DNA from: Verrucomicrobia bacterium UBA1211
GTDB lineage: Bacteria > Verrucomicrobiota > Kiritimatiellia > RFP12 > UBA1067
NCBI GenBank assembly: GCA_002309585.1
Contig: DBXN01000140.1
Location: forward strand, 23,780-80,989
DNA: 57,210 nucleotides
Direction of reading: 5' to 3'
The notes beneath the pieces were generated by a model. That model had not been told where the DNA came from, did not search any database, and was given only the letters and a program-made list of their open reading frames with translations. A program made the position numbers and the translations under genes. This document shows, one piece after another, positions 9,114-18,421 of this stretch. How positions within the stretch are numbered: the stretch's first letter is position 1; the number at the start of each line of letters is the position of its first letter.

Positions 9114-10109
9114 ATGGCCAATATTGAGACACGGTATTTGGGACTTCATCTGAAAAACCCCCTGATCGCCAGTTCCGGTCCGCTCACCCGCCAGCCGGGT
9201 AGCGTGGCGATGCTGGAGGATGCCGGCATCGCCGCCGTGGTGCTTCGTTCGATTTTCGAAGAACAGATCACCGCCGAGACCTCCTCCATGTACGCCGCGC
9301 TGGAGAACGAGACCAGCGCGTTCGCGTTGGAGTATCTGCGGGCTGACCTGCCCGGCCAGCTGGGGCCGGAAGAGTACTTGCGCCGGCTGGACGCGATCCG
9401 CAAACGGGTGAAGATCCCCGTCATTGCCAGCTGTAACTGCCTGTCGAAGGCGAAGTGGATCGCCTATGCCCGCAAGATCGCGCAGACCGGTGCCGACGCG
9501 CTGGAGCTCAACCTCTACCACATGCCCGTCGATCCGGAAGAAACCTCTGAACAGATCGAGGCGCGCAATGTGGATCTGGTCCGTGCGGTGATCAATGAGG
9601 TGAAGATCCCGATCGCCGTCAAGCTCAGCTACCACTATACCGCCTTGCCCGCTTATGTCAGGAAACTCGACCGGGCGGGGGTGAAGGGCGTTGTCCTGTT
9701 CAATCGGTTTCTCCAAACCGATGTCGATATCAACCGGGAGCGGATCTTCTACGCACCCAACTACTCCTCGCCCAATGTCCTGCACTCCCAACTCCGCTGG
9801 GCCGCCGTCCTCCGTAACTTCATCCATGCCGATATCGGCATCAGTGGGGGAATCCATTCGGGCGACGATCTGGTCAAGGCGTTGCTGGTAGGCGCGAATG
9901 TGGGCATGATCTGTTCCGTCCTGCATCTTCACCCTGATGCCTCCCGCACGATCAACCAGATTCTCACCCGGTTGCAGGAGTGGATGGTGGACAAGGGATA
10001 TGCGGATCTCGATGCTTTCCGTGGGAAACTCCGCGAGACCAACCTGCATGACGGGAGGGGATTTGAGCGCGCCCAGTATGTGAAGGCCGCGACCGAACTC
10101 TTCACCTGA
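9114..10109 (+). CDS. Dihydroorotate dehydrogenase-like TIM-barrel flavoprotein
   Basis: YLGLHLKNPLIASSGPLT at the N-terminus and GISGGIHSGDDLVKALLVGA near the C-terminus match the DHOD/PyrD-like family. The exact activity is not assignable. Confidence 0.6.
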   Translation: MANIETRYLGLHLKNPLIASSGPLTRQPGSVAMLEDAGIAAVVLRSIFEEQITAETSSMYAALENETSAFALEYLRADLPGQLGPEEYLRRLDAIRKRVKIPVIASCNCLSKAKWIAYARKIAQTGADALELNLYHMPVDPEETSEQIEARNVDLVRAVINEVKIPIAVKLSYHYTALPAYVRKLDRAGVKGVVLFNRFLQTDVDINRERIFYAPNYSSPNVLHSQLRWAAVLRNFIHADIGISGGIHSGDDLVKALLVGANVGMICSVLHLHPDASRTINQILTRLQEWMVDKGYADLDAFRGKLRETNLHDGRGFERAQYVKAATELFT

Positions 10110-10117
10110 TTCGCGCC

Positions 10118-10906
10118 ATGTTCGACGCCCATGCCCATCTTCAGGATACCCGCCTGTCGGGAAATCGCGAAGTGGTCCTCCGCAGGGCGGCGGAGACGGG
10201 CGTGACGGGTGTTTGCTGTTGCGCCACCTCGCCTGCGGACTGGGACGCGGTCGCCGCCTTCATCCGGGATCCTACTCCGTTTGTGGTGGTGCCCGCATTT
10301 GGCGTTCACCCCTGGTATGCTGAAAACTTGCCGGCGGACTGGCTGGAACGGCTCAACCGGACATTGGACGCGCATCCCGCCGCCGCATTGGGGGAGGTTG
10401 GACTGGACGGGATCCGCAAGTCAATCCCGTTTGAGGTCCAGCGGCAATGCCTTGTATCCCAATTGGAGCTTGCCGCCTGCCACCGTATCCCTGTTGTCCT
10501 CCATGGCGCACGGGCGTGGGAGCCGCTTCTGGAGACGATCCGCCCCTTCCGTGAAAAGATTCCCGGTTTTCTGATCCACGGGTTCAGCGGTTCCCCTGAT
10601 CAGATGAGGCGTTTTCTCGATTTGGGCGCCGCGATTTCAATCGCGGGTTCGGTCTGTAACCCTCAGGCCAAGAAGATCCGCGCCGCCGCCAAGGAGTTGC
10701 CCGATAGCCAGCTCTTGATTGAAACCGATTCTCCCGATCTTTTCCCCGTCGGCGGTACGTCGCTTCCCGGCACCCCGGCAGGGAAACCGGTCAACCATCC
10801 CGCCAATCTCAGGCAGGTCCTCGAAACCGTGGCCGCGCTGCGCGATGCCACGCCCGATGCGATCGCGGATCTTACCGGCGCAAACGCCCGCCGCATTCTT
10901 CTGTAG
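10118..10906 (+). CDS. TatD-family metal-dependent hydrolase
   Basis: MFDAHAHL (HxH metal site), VLHGARA, LIETDSPDL. Confidence 0.8.
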   Translation: MFDAHAHLQDTRLSGNREVVLRRAAETGVTGVCCCATSPADWDAVAAFIRDPTPFVVVPAFGVHPWYAENLPADWLERLNRTLDAHPAAALGEVGLDGIRKSIPFEVQRQCLVSQLELAACHRIPVVLHGARAWEPLLETIRPFREKIPGFLIHGFSGSPDQMRRFLDLGAAISIAGSVCNPQAKKIRAAAKELPDSQLLIETDSPDLFPVGGTSLPGTPAGKPVNHPANLRQVLETVAALRDATPDAIADLTGANARRILL

Positions 10907-10939
10907 CGTTGAGGGGTGACCCGTGTCCTGTGTGGGGGC

Positions 10940-12226
10940 TTATCCGTAGGTCAGCCAGACGAAGAGGGCACCGGCGACGAGTGCCGCCAGCGTGAAGGGA
11001 ATGCTGATCCGCATGAAATCCGAGAAGGAGACGGCGATCTCCCGTTTCCGAAGGATGCCCAGCGCCACGACATTTGCGGAGGCTCCGATGGGGGTGATAT
11101 TCCCGCCCAGGCACGCCCCGATCAGCAGGGCGAAGAGCATCAGCGGAACGGAGACGTGGAGCTGGTCCGCCAGCCGCTGCGCGACGGGGAGCATCACCAG
11201 CAGGAAGGGGACGTTGTCGACAAAGCCCGAAACCAGCACCGAAAAGAGCACCATGCAGGCGAAGGCGAGGAAGACCGAGCCGCCCAACGCGACAGACATC
11301 CATTGCCCCAGTTTGTCCAGCCAACCGGAGGCGCCCAGTCCGCCTGCCAGCACAAACACACCGATCAGAAAGAGGGCGGTGTCCCAATCCATTGTCCGCA
11401 GTAGCGGCCGGACCCTTCCCCACTTCGCCATGAAGCGGTACCAGATCAGCCCCACAATCGCCAACAGCAGGGTGTAGCTTCCCGCGAACCAGTTGAATCC
11501 CGGATCGACCACGGAGGCCATCGACAGTCCTCCGATCAGCAGGACCAGCAAAATGGTCGGCACCCATGACCGCGCCTTTTCGTTAAACGCCAGAGATTCC
11601 CTCGTGTTCCATTTCCGGAAGACAAAAAAGAGAATGACCAGCGAGGCGAGTGCTCCGGCTTGAATCGCAAAAAAGATGCTGGGTTTTCCCTGATAGATAA
11701 AGAAATCCCAGAACCCCATCTTCATAAAACCCGCCAGAATCATGCTCGGCGGATCGCCGACCATTGTCGCCGTTCCCTGCACGTTGCTGCTGATGGCGAT
11801 GCCGATCAGCAATGGCGCGGGATTCATCTTCAGTCGCTCCGAGAGGCTTAGCGCCACGGGAGCGAGCAGCAACACCACGGCCACGTTCTCGACAAAGATG
11901 GAGATGACTCCGGATAAGGCGCAGAGCGCGAGCATCGCCATGCGGGTTGAGGGCATCCGTTCCACCAGTGCCTGCGCGATGACAACCGGGACACGCGACT
12001 GGAGGAAAAGGTCAGCCAGTACCAGCGTTCCGCAAAAGAGACCGATCACGTTCCAGCTGATCATCTCAAACAGCGCATCCCGCCACGGCGTCACGCCCGC
12101 CAGAATCAGAAGGAGCGCCCCTCCGCAGGCCGTCCATGAACGGCGGTTCGGGAAAACCACAAACAGGGTGTAGCTCAAGGCGAAAACCAGCAAGCTGATC
12201 CATTCAGGGGTAAAAAAACGTCGCAT
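10940..12226 (-). CDS. ArsB/NhaD (IT superfamily) anion or citrate-type permease
   Basis: About 12 TM helices throughout, with internal two-fold architecture and glycine-rich hairpin-like segments (GDPPSMILAG, GGNITPIGASAN). Confidence 0.6.
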   Translation of the reverse strand: MRRFFTPEWISLLVFALSYTLFVVFPNRRSWTACGGALLLILAGVTPWRDALFEMISWNVIGLFCGTLVLADLFLQSRVPVVIAQALVERMPSTRMAMLALCALSGVISIFVENVAVVLLLAPVALSLSERLKMNPAPLLIGIAISSNVQGTATMVGDPPSMILAGFMKMGFWDFFIYQGKPSIFFAIQAGALASLVILFFVFRKWNTRESLAFNEKARSWVPTILLVLLIGGLSMASVVDPGFNWFAGSYTLLLAIVGLIWYRFMAKWGRVRPLLRTMDWDTALFLIGVFVLAGGLGASGWLDKLGQWMSVALGGSVFLAFACMVLFSVLVSGFVDNVPFLLVMLPVAQRLADQLHVSVPLMLFALLIGACLGGNITPIGASANVVALGILRKREIAVSFSDFMRISIPFTLAALVAGALFVWLTYG

Positions 12227-12299
12227 CGCTAATCGTTCCTCATGTTCGTCCTTACTTTAACATAAATCCGGGATGACAGAAAGCAAAACTAGGGCTTTT

Positions 12300-12348
12300 G
12301 TTCCCGCTCACCGCTATTTTCCGTTTCCTCGTTCATCTTTAATCTTTC
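12300..12348 (-). repeat. Inverted copy of the TAAAG/GGGAAC heptamer module
   Basis: Plus strand reads GTTCCCG CTCACCG CTATTTT CCGTTTC CTCGTTC ATCTTTA ATCTTTC (7 units). The reverse complement resembles the 2114-2169 array. Confidence 0.65.
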
Positions 12349-12404
12349 TGTGGCCGCTTGGATGTGTATAATAATCAATCGGTATTTATGAAAGGAGAGG
12401 ATGT

Positions 12405-13529
12405 ATGCCGCGTATTTCGTTTGAGGGGAATTTGGGTGTGACGAGAAGGGGATTTGTCGGTCTTTTGGCGGCGTCGGTGTCGCTGTGCGCGGGCCATCCG
12501 CTTTGGGCCGAGACGCCCGACGCGAAGAAGGCGGAGCTGTTGAAGTGGTTTTTGGACAACGAATATGGCCATGCGCCGTTAGAGCGTCCGCAGGATATGG
12601 CCTTCGAGGGTAACAGCATCCTTTTCGGCGGGGGCAAGATGAAGGTGAATCTGACGGTGGCTCTCCCGAAAGGCGCGTCAAAGGAGAAACCCTGCCCCGT
12701 TCTCCTGATGGGCGACTTCCGGACCTGGAATAACGGGATGCGCGACGACGCGGGCTCCCTCAGGCAGAAGAAGCAGCAGGATGACATCGACGCCTGCGCA
12801 ACGGAGCGAGGCTATGCGGTGGTCCACTACGACCTCAACGAGGCCGCGCCCGACCAGCCGCGCCGCAAATATCTGGAGGCGCTGAAGAAGGCGGGCAAGC
12901 CCTTGCCCCCCTACGCCTACGGTCTTTTCGACGTGTATGGCGGCGAGGCGGATCGGACGGATACGAGCTGGGGAACGATCCGCGCGTGGGCCTGGTGCCA
13001 CAGCCGCGTGTTGGACTGGATCGAGACGCAACCGGCGCTTGACGCCAAGCGCGTCGCGGTGCTCGGTCACTCCCGCCTCGGCAAGACCGCGCTCTGCGCC
13101 GGGGTGACGGATGCCCGTTTCAAGGTGGTCTACTCCAACGCCTCCGGCTGCGGCGGCGCGAAACTGAACCGCATGGATTTGCCCAAGAGCGAACATATCC
13201 ACCAGATCACGAACGGTTTCCCGTACTGGTTCTGCCGGGCGTTCAATCAGTGGCGGAACCGTGATCGGGAAATCCCTCACGATCAGGATGAGTGGATGGG
13301 GCTGATCGCGTCACCCACGCGCTACCTCTATGTGGCGAGCGGTTCGGCGGACCACTGGGCCGGTCCCGCGGGCGAGAAGGCTGCGGCTGAGGGCGCGGCG
13401 AAGGCGTGGGAGGCTCTTGGTCTCAAGGGCATGGGGGACCATGTGGGCTACCACTGCCACGAGGGCCCGCACGATCTGGGTGTCCGGGACATCAACCTCT
13501 TCCTCGATTTCTGCGACAAGAGATTGTGA
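12405..13529 (+). CDS. Secreted alpha/beta-hydrolase, CE15 glucuronoyl-esterase-like
   Basis: Tat-like signal TRRGFVGLLAA. FLDNEYGHAP N-terminal motif and the nucleophile elbow GHSRLGKTAL resemble the CE15 GCSRxGK motif. Confidence 0.5.
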   Translation: MPRISFEGNLGVTRRGFVGLLAASVSLCAGHPLWAETPDAKKAELLKWFLDNEYGHAPLERPQDMAFEGNSILFGGGKMKVNLTVALPKGASKEKPCPVLLMGDFRTWNNGMRDDAGSLRQKKQQDDIDACATERGYAVVHYDLNEAAPDQPRRKYLEALKKAGKPLPPYAYGLFDVYGGEADRTDTSWGTIRAWAWCHSRVLDWIETQPALDAKRVAVLGHSRLGKTALCAGVTDARFKVVYSNASGCGGAKLNRMDLPKSEHIHQITNGFPYWFCRAFNQWRNRDREIPHDQDEWMGLIASPTRYLYVASGSADHWAGPAGEKAAAEGAAKAWEALGLKGMGDHVGYHCHEGPHDLGVRDINLFLDFCDKRL

Positions 13530-13660
13530 GAAGAGGGGAACGGGGAAGAGGGAATAGGGAAGAGAAACGAGACGAACGGCGGGGTGAAATTTCATAATGG
13601 CATAATGCCATAATTTCACAATTCCAGAATGGAAACGCTCAACGCTCAACCCGCAACTGC
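13530..13660 (+). repeat. Modular intergenic element: GGGGAAC heptamers, palindromic GTGAAATTTCATAATGGCAT/AATGCCATAATTTCAC core, CTCAACG heptamers
   Basis: Shares the core and the terminal CTCAACGCTCAAC with the elements at 18.5, 23.6 and 50.1 kb. Confidence 0.75.
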
Positions 13661-13721
13661 CCCCGCCCCCCGTTATTCTCATTTACTTTCCCGCGCTCAC
13701 GCGGGCGGGGGCCGGGGGCTC

Positions 13722-14885
13722 TTAATCTTCAATGAGTGCGGGGTAGATCCAGGCCGTGACGGCGGCGCACTCAATCCCGAAGGGCAGGTAGCCGGCGAAT
13801 CCGAGGATCGGCATCTCCCAGATCTGGAAGGCGTGGACATAGGGGACGGCATAGATCCACTTGGCGAGGCTGTGCCAGTTCCACGTCTCCCACGCCAGTC
13901 CGCAGATCAGGGCGGCAAAGGCGAACCGGACGAAGATGCGCCAGTCGCCGAGGGCGACCGTGTCCGCCACGCTCTTTTCCTTCAGGACGATCTGCACGAC
14001 CAGGAAGAGGCAGAGCGGGGAGATCCAGAGGAGCGGGTAGGTGAATTGCGGGAAGAAGACGATGCCCGTCAGACCGACCATCGCCAACAGGAAGATCGCG
14101 GCCGCGATCCACGATCTGCGGATGTCGATGCGGGCCATGCCGCACTGTCGGCGGTCAGAGAAGGCGGGGAAGGTGTGCAGCCACGCCGCGACCGCGCAGA
14201 CTGCGGGAAGCACCGATGAGAAACTGCAGGTGGCGAAGAGGGTGTATTCGCCCGCGCTCATCTCCTGCACTCCTTGGTAGTACCAGTTCCAGACGAAACG
14301 GTTGAGGTATTCGAAGAACCACCAGAAGACCGAGCTGACGGGGAAAGTCAGGAGATAGGGGAGGGTGTGGCGGGTGAGCGGCGATGAGCCCGAACGCCGG
14401 ACGCACAGACCGTTCATCAGAAGGATGAAACCCGCCCAGAGGATCAGGTAGGTGTGGCGCTGCCCTTTGGCGAACCACGGGAAGCGGTTCCAAGCGAGGA
14501 TCCAGCCGCCCAGACAGAGGATCAACCCGATCCAGCCGAAGAGGGGGAACGGATGCGGGCGCTGCTTTTCCGGTGCGGGATCGGTCGATCCCACGGGCGG
14601 GAAAAACGCCCGTTTGATGAAGGGGAAGACCACCAGAAGGATAAAGCCGAGCATTACCAGGAAGACCGGCCACGAGAAGGGGCAGCGCATGTTCCAAAGC
14701 CGTTCGGGGATGGCTCCCCAATCCTCCGTGCGCGGCGGAAAGGCCTTGACGCCCGCCAGAACCGCCTCGCGTCCGCTTACGGCGGCGCAGAACCACGGGA
14801 CGCCGAAAAGAAAGACCGCCAAGAACAGATAGTGCACGATTCGTTTCATCACACAGGATGTCTTCACCTTCTTCATGGCGGACAT
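13722..14885 (-). CDS. Polytopic integral membrane protein of unknown function
   Basis: Trp/Phe-rich ORF of 387 aa with about 10 hydrophobic segments. Codon usage is consistent with neighbours. I recognise no family. Confidence 0.5.
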   Translation of the reverse strand: MSAMKKVKTSCVMKRIVHYLFLAVFLFGVPWFCAAVSGREAVLAGVKAFPPRTEDWGAIPERLWNMRCPFSWPVFLVMLGFILLVVFPFIKRAFFPPVGSTDPAPEKQRPHPFPLFGWIGLILCLGGWILAWNRFPWFAKGQRHTYLILWAGFILLMNGLCVRRSGSSPLTRHTLPYLLTFPVSSVFWWFFEYLNRFVWNWYYQGVQEMSAGEYTLFATCSFSSVLPAVCAVAAWLHTFPAFSDRRQCGMARIDIRRSWIAAAIFLLAMVGLTGIVFFPQFTYPLLWISPLCLFLVVQIVLKEKSVADTVALGDWRIFVRFAFAALICGLAWETWNWHSLAKWIYAVPYVHAFQIWEMPILGFAGYLPFGIECAAVTAWIYPALIED

Positions 14886-15029
14886 AGTAGTGGAATCCGC
14901 CGACCCGTTGCAAGGTTAAAAGGTGTCGGGATTGGGGCTAGTTGCCGGAAGTCTGATGGCTGAAGTCCGATATCGTTCGGCTGATCGGCAGGGTGCTGGC
15001 AGGACGTTTGCGCGAAAGGGCAATCGCAA

Positions 15030-15084
15030 TTTTCCATCGCTAATGGAAAAATCGCATTCAATTCTCCAGTAGTGATGGAAAAAT
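15030..15084. promoter_or_regulatory. Three copies of ATGGAAAA: one inverted pair forming an 8 bp palindrome, plus a direct copy
   Basis: TTTTCCAT (15030-15037), CGCTA, ATGGAAAA (15043-15050), and ATGGAAAAAT again at 15075-15084. Located ~150 nt upstream of the minus-strand membrane protein gene. Confidence 0.3.
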
Positions 15085-15226
15085 GAACGATGGGTGAATG
15101 CTGTGGAGATGTCCATGACAAACCGGGTGCCATTGTTTTGAGTTGTATCTAAATCAGAATTATTGCGAAACGGTTTGCCTATATTTTTAAAACGGATACA
15201 ACTTGTAATACCAACCTTACTATTAT

Positions 15227-15251
15227 CGGCGGACAATCACCCGCCGTTTAT
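15227..15251 (+). terminator. Weak terminator-like hairpin in the AT-rich orphan region
   Basis: CGGCGG-ACAATCAC-CCGCCG followed by TTTAT. The stem is 6 bp and the U-tract is short. There is no annotated plus-strand gene upstream. Confidence 0.25.
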
Positions 15252-15554
15252 AGTACCGGTATAAACAACTCACGTTTCTTCTCATTAAGAGACGGTGGTT
15301 CACAAGATGATCGAAATTGGGCGATGAAAAGATTTACCTGAAGGTGGAAATCATGCTAAAATATAAACCATAAAAGCCCTTGGCAGTGATCGTTTTTACG
15401 TGGACTCCTTCTCGCCATGGCGGGATTGGGTGTCCATTCCGACGCGCTTAAACGCTGCGACACCATTGGGGAGGATGACCGGATGGTGCCGGGTGTTCAG
15501 GAAAAGGGTTGAGGGATCGTTCAGAGGTTAAACGTTGAGTGTTGGGGAGGGGAG

Positions 15555-16844
15555 ATGAACCTGATTGACAGACGGACGTTTCTTTCGCGGGGAGTCGCAG
15601 CTGCCGGGATCTGGGGATCGGGCATGGACGTTTGGGCCGAGATGGCGCGGCATCCGCTCGCGGGCGGGATCATGCCGAAATGGGAGAAAGGCCATTTCCG
15701 TATCCATATTCTTTACAACGGGCGATCGGAAACCACCTTCCACGTGTTTCCCGACGGAACCTCGCTCCTGATTGACTGCGGCGACTTGATCATTGGCGGA
15801 CGTGACGTGACACCGCATCTTCCCGATGACTCCCGCCGTGCCGGCGAATGGGCCGCCCGTTATATCCTGCGTGAGAATCCAAACGGGAAGAAGGTCGATT
15901 ACTTCCTGCTTACGCACTATCACAATGACCACTCGGGCATGCCTGGGGCGGGCGCGAAAAAGAGTGCGAACGGCCAATACTGGCTGAGCGGGATCGGTGA
16001 GGCGATGGATCATCTCGACTTCGGTACGTTCATCGACCGCTCTTGGCCCGATACGAATGATCCAACCCCGCGGGAGGACTCCTATGACGGGGGCGCGGTG
16101 GGACATATCCGGCTCGTCTATCGAGAGGCTGAGCGCAGGGGTATCAAAGTCGAACGCTTCCGGCTGGAGAAGGGATCGGACCAGATCCGTCCCCTTCACG
16201 GCGGATGCGCCTCTTTTGGGTTTACACCGCTCTGCGCGCGCGGATGTGTGCTCAAGCGCGATGGTACGGTTCTTGATCTCGGAACGCTCGGCGGTCCGAA
16301 GGGAACGCGTAATGGTTTCGACGAAAACGCGCTTTCGATCGGGATGGTTCTCTCGCTGGGTGACTTTCGCTATTTCACGGCGGGTGACTTCTCCGGAGGT
16401 ATCAAGCGGGAGGACGGGACCCACGCGGACTTTGAGGACGCGCTTGCGCCGGAGTGCCCGCAGGTCGATGTTGCCAAGGCCAACCACCACGGTCATCACA
16501 CGATGCCGCTCTCGCTTGTGAACGCGCTTAGGGCGCGTGTGGTTCTGGCGGGCGTGTGGCATGCGCAGCACATGAACCGGCCCACCATGCGGAGGCTCGC
16601 ACAGGCCAAGTGGCCGTGCCTCTACGCGCCGGGCATGTTCCCGAAACTGCGTAGGGAGGCGGATGCCGATGAACCGTGGCTGAAGGAGATCGCGCCGGAG
16701 GCGTTCGAGGGTGCCCATGCGGTGGTGGATGTGGCGCCGGACGGCAAAACCTACCAACTGATGATGGTCTCCGCCGCCGATGAATCCAACCGCATTCTCG
16801 GCGCCTACGATTTCAAAACCGCCGACAAGACCTCCGTGCGTTAG
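15555..16844 (+). CDS. Tat-exported metallo-beta-lactamase-fold hydrolase
   Basis: Twin-arginine signal DRRTFLSRGVAAAG. MBL motif LLTHYHNDHSG, with a later HHGHH cluster. Confidence 0.7.
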   Translation: MNLIDRRTFLSRGVAAAGIWGSGMDVWAEMARHPLAGGIMPKWEKGHFRIHILYNGRSETTFHVFPDGTSLLIDCGDLIIGGRDVTPHLPDDSRRAGEWAARYILRENPNGKKVDYFLLTHYHNDHSGMPGAGAKKSANGQYWLSGIGEAMDHLDFGTFIDRSWPDTNDPTPREDSYDGGAVGHIRLVYREAERRGIKVERFRLEKGSDQIRPLHGGCASFGFTPLCARGCVLKRDGTVLDLGTLGGPKGTRNGFDENALSIGMVLSLGDFRYFTAGDFSGGIKREDGTHADFEDALAPECPQVDVAKANHHGHHTMPLSLVNALRARVVLAGVWHAQHMNRPTMRRLAQAKWPCLYAPGMFPKLRREADADEPWLKEIAPEAFEGAHAVVDVAPDGKTYQLMMVSAADESNRILGAYDFKTADKTSVR

Positions 16845-16930
16845 TGTGGCAAGAAAGGAAGAGATGAAACGGATTGCCGATAGCGTTACGGTGGTACCGG
16901 CTGTGCCCACAGAATGAATGAAAGGATGAT

Positions 16931-18421
16931 ATGAGAATGAATCGGATGATCGGTTTGGTCGCGGCGGTGGCCGCGTTACAGATGTCGGTCTGCCTGACGG
17001 CGGAAGCGGCACAGACCTTCTCATGGGACAAAAACAACTGGGTGGCGTTTGACGATACCGTCACCGCCACCGTGGAGTGTCCCGACCCTGCGGCGGCGGA
17101 GTGGGTGAAGACCCATTTCGCAGAGTGGTACGGTGCGCATGCCCCGAACGTGACGGGCGGAACGACCGGACTTGCCCTTCAGGCGGGGGACGAGGCGTAT
17201 GCCGCGGAGGTGAACGCGGATGGCGTGAAGATCCATGCGCGCACCTTGGCGGGCGCGCGGTGGGCCACCTACACGCTGCGACAGATCGCGATCGCGAAGC
17301 GCGGCACCTTCAAGACGGAAGGGATGCTTCTTCCGACGATGAAAATCTCCGACGCGCCGCATCTTCCGTTCCGCGCTATCCATTTCTGCTGGTTCCCCGA
17401 GGTCCGGCCTCAGCAGATCGAACGCGCCATCCGCCTCGCGGCGCTGATGAAGTTCAACTACGCGATCATCGAGCCGTGGGGAATGTACAAGAGCGAGAAG
17501 CACCCCTGGTGGCCCTGGCCGCAGGCGAACATGACCAAGGCGGAGGTCAGCCGCCTCGTTGCCATCGGTAAGGATATCGGTATCACCCTCATCCCGCAGA
17601 TCAACTGCTATGGCCACGCCTCTTCCTCGCGGGGCTGCACGATCAAGCACAGCGCGCTCGACATCCATCCCGAATACGAACCGCTTTTCGAGCCGGGGGG
17701 ATGGAATTGGTGTCTCTCGAATCCGGAGACGCAGCGCGTTCTGCGCGAGTTGATCGCCGAAATGCACGAGAACTTCGGCAATCCCCCTTACTTCCACATC
17801 GGGTGTGACGAGGCGGAGCGGCAGAGCTGTCCCGAGTGCGTCAAGACGCCGAACGGCGAATTGGTGCTGAAGCACATCACGGGGTTGGCGGAGTTCGTCA
17901 AGTCGCGCGGGGCGCGCGCGATGATGTGGCACGACATGCTGCTTGACCGGGCGGATTTCCGCTGGAAGGGTTTTACCGTATGCGGCAACAAGGAGACGGG
18001 GGCGATTCTTGACAAACTCCCCAAGGACATCATCATCTGCGACTGGCAGTATCAGGACACCGCGCAGCATGAGAAAGGCGCGCTGACTGATTGGCCCACG
18101 ATGACCTATTTCAAGGAACAGGGGTTTTCGGTCGCCTGTTGCCCGTGGATGAACGACAAGTCGATGAAACCGATGGCGGACCACATCGTCAAGATCGGCG
18201 GATTCGGGTTCATCGAGACGACGTGGCATCATCTGCGCGGTTCCGAATGGCAGAAGATGTACATGGGGGCCGCCTATGCCGCATGGGGATCGCCCGTCTC
18301 GCACGATGTTTCCTTCCAGCGTTCGCTGCGCCTTGTCGGACAGGACATGAAGGTGACCGACTACCTCGACACCGGCTTCCTGAACTATCAGGTCTCTCCC
18401 GGTTGGTGGGTGAACAACTGA
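16931..18421 (+). CDS. GH20-like beta-N-acetylhexosaminidase
   Basis: Sec signal. TIM-barrel start FRAIHFCWF and catalytic-region FHIGCDEAE (GH20 D-E pair). Confidence 0.65.
   Translation: MRMNRMIGLVAAVAALQMSVCLTAEAAQTFSWDKNNWVAFDDTVTATVECPDPAAAEWVKTHFAEWYGAHAPNVTGGTTGLALQAGDEAYAAEVNADGVKIHARTLAGARWATYTLRQIAIAKRGTFKTEGMLLPTMKISDAPHLPFRAIHFCWFPEVRPQQIERAIRLAALMKFNYAIIEPWGMYKSEKHPWWPWPQANMTKAEVSRLVAIGKDIGITLIPQINCYGHASSSRGCTIKHSALDIHPEYEPLFEPGGWNWCLSNPETQRVLRELIAEMHENFGNPPYFHIGCDEAERQSCPECVKTPNGELVLKHITGLAEFVKSRGARAMMWHDMLLDRADFRWKGFTVCGNKETGAILDKLPKDIIICDWQYQDTAQHEKGALTDWPTMTYFKEQGFSVACCPWMNDKSMKPMADHIVKIGGFGFIETTWHHLRGSEWQKMYMGAAYAAWGSPVSHDVSFQRSLRLVGQDMKVTDYLDTGFLNYQVSPGWWVNN

Noticed and set aside
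7627-9132. The N-terminal 502 codons of the 1501 aa minus-strand ORF (4627..9132)
   Set aside because: This part lies exactly antisense to an unmistakable argG and to the divergent promoter region. Its translation is Arg/Pro/Gly/His-rich, typical of GC-rich antisense frames. A sensible start (MDFDRIAP followed by a TM helix) exists at 7626, so only 4627..7626 is kept.
12367-12372. A perfect TATAAT hexamer 33 nt upstream of the CE15-like gene
   Set aside because: No acceptable -35 lies at 16-18 nt spacing, and the preceding TG is out of register for an extended -10. Promoter consensus in this lineage is unknown, so I did not list it as a feature.
14916-15236. Minus-strand ORFs of 106 and 86 aa in the AT-rich island
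   Set aside because: They have no RBS and atypical composition, they overlap each other, and one starts inside the hairpin. I recognise no motif. They are more likely chance ORFs in AT-rich DNA.
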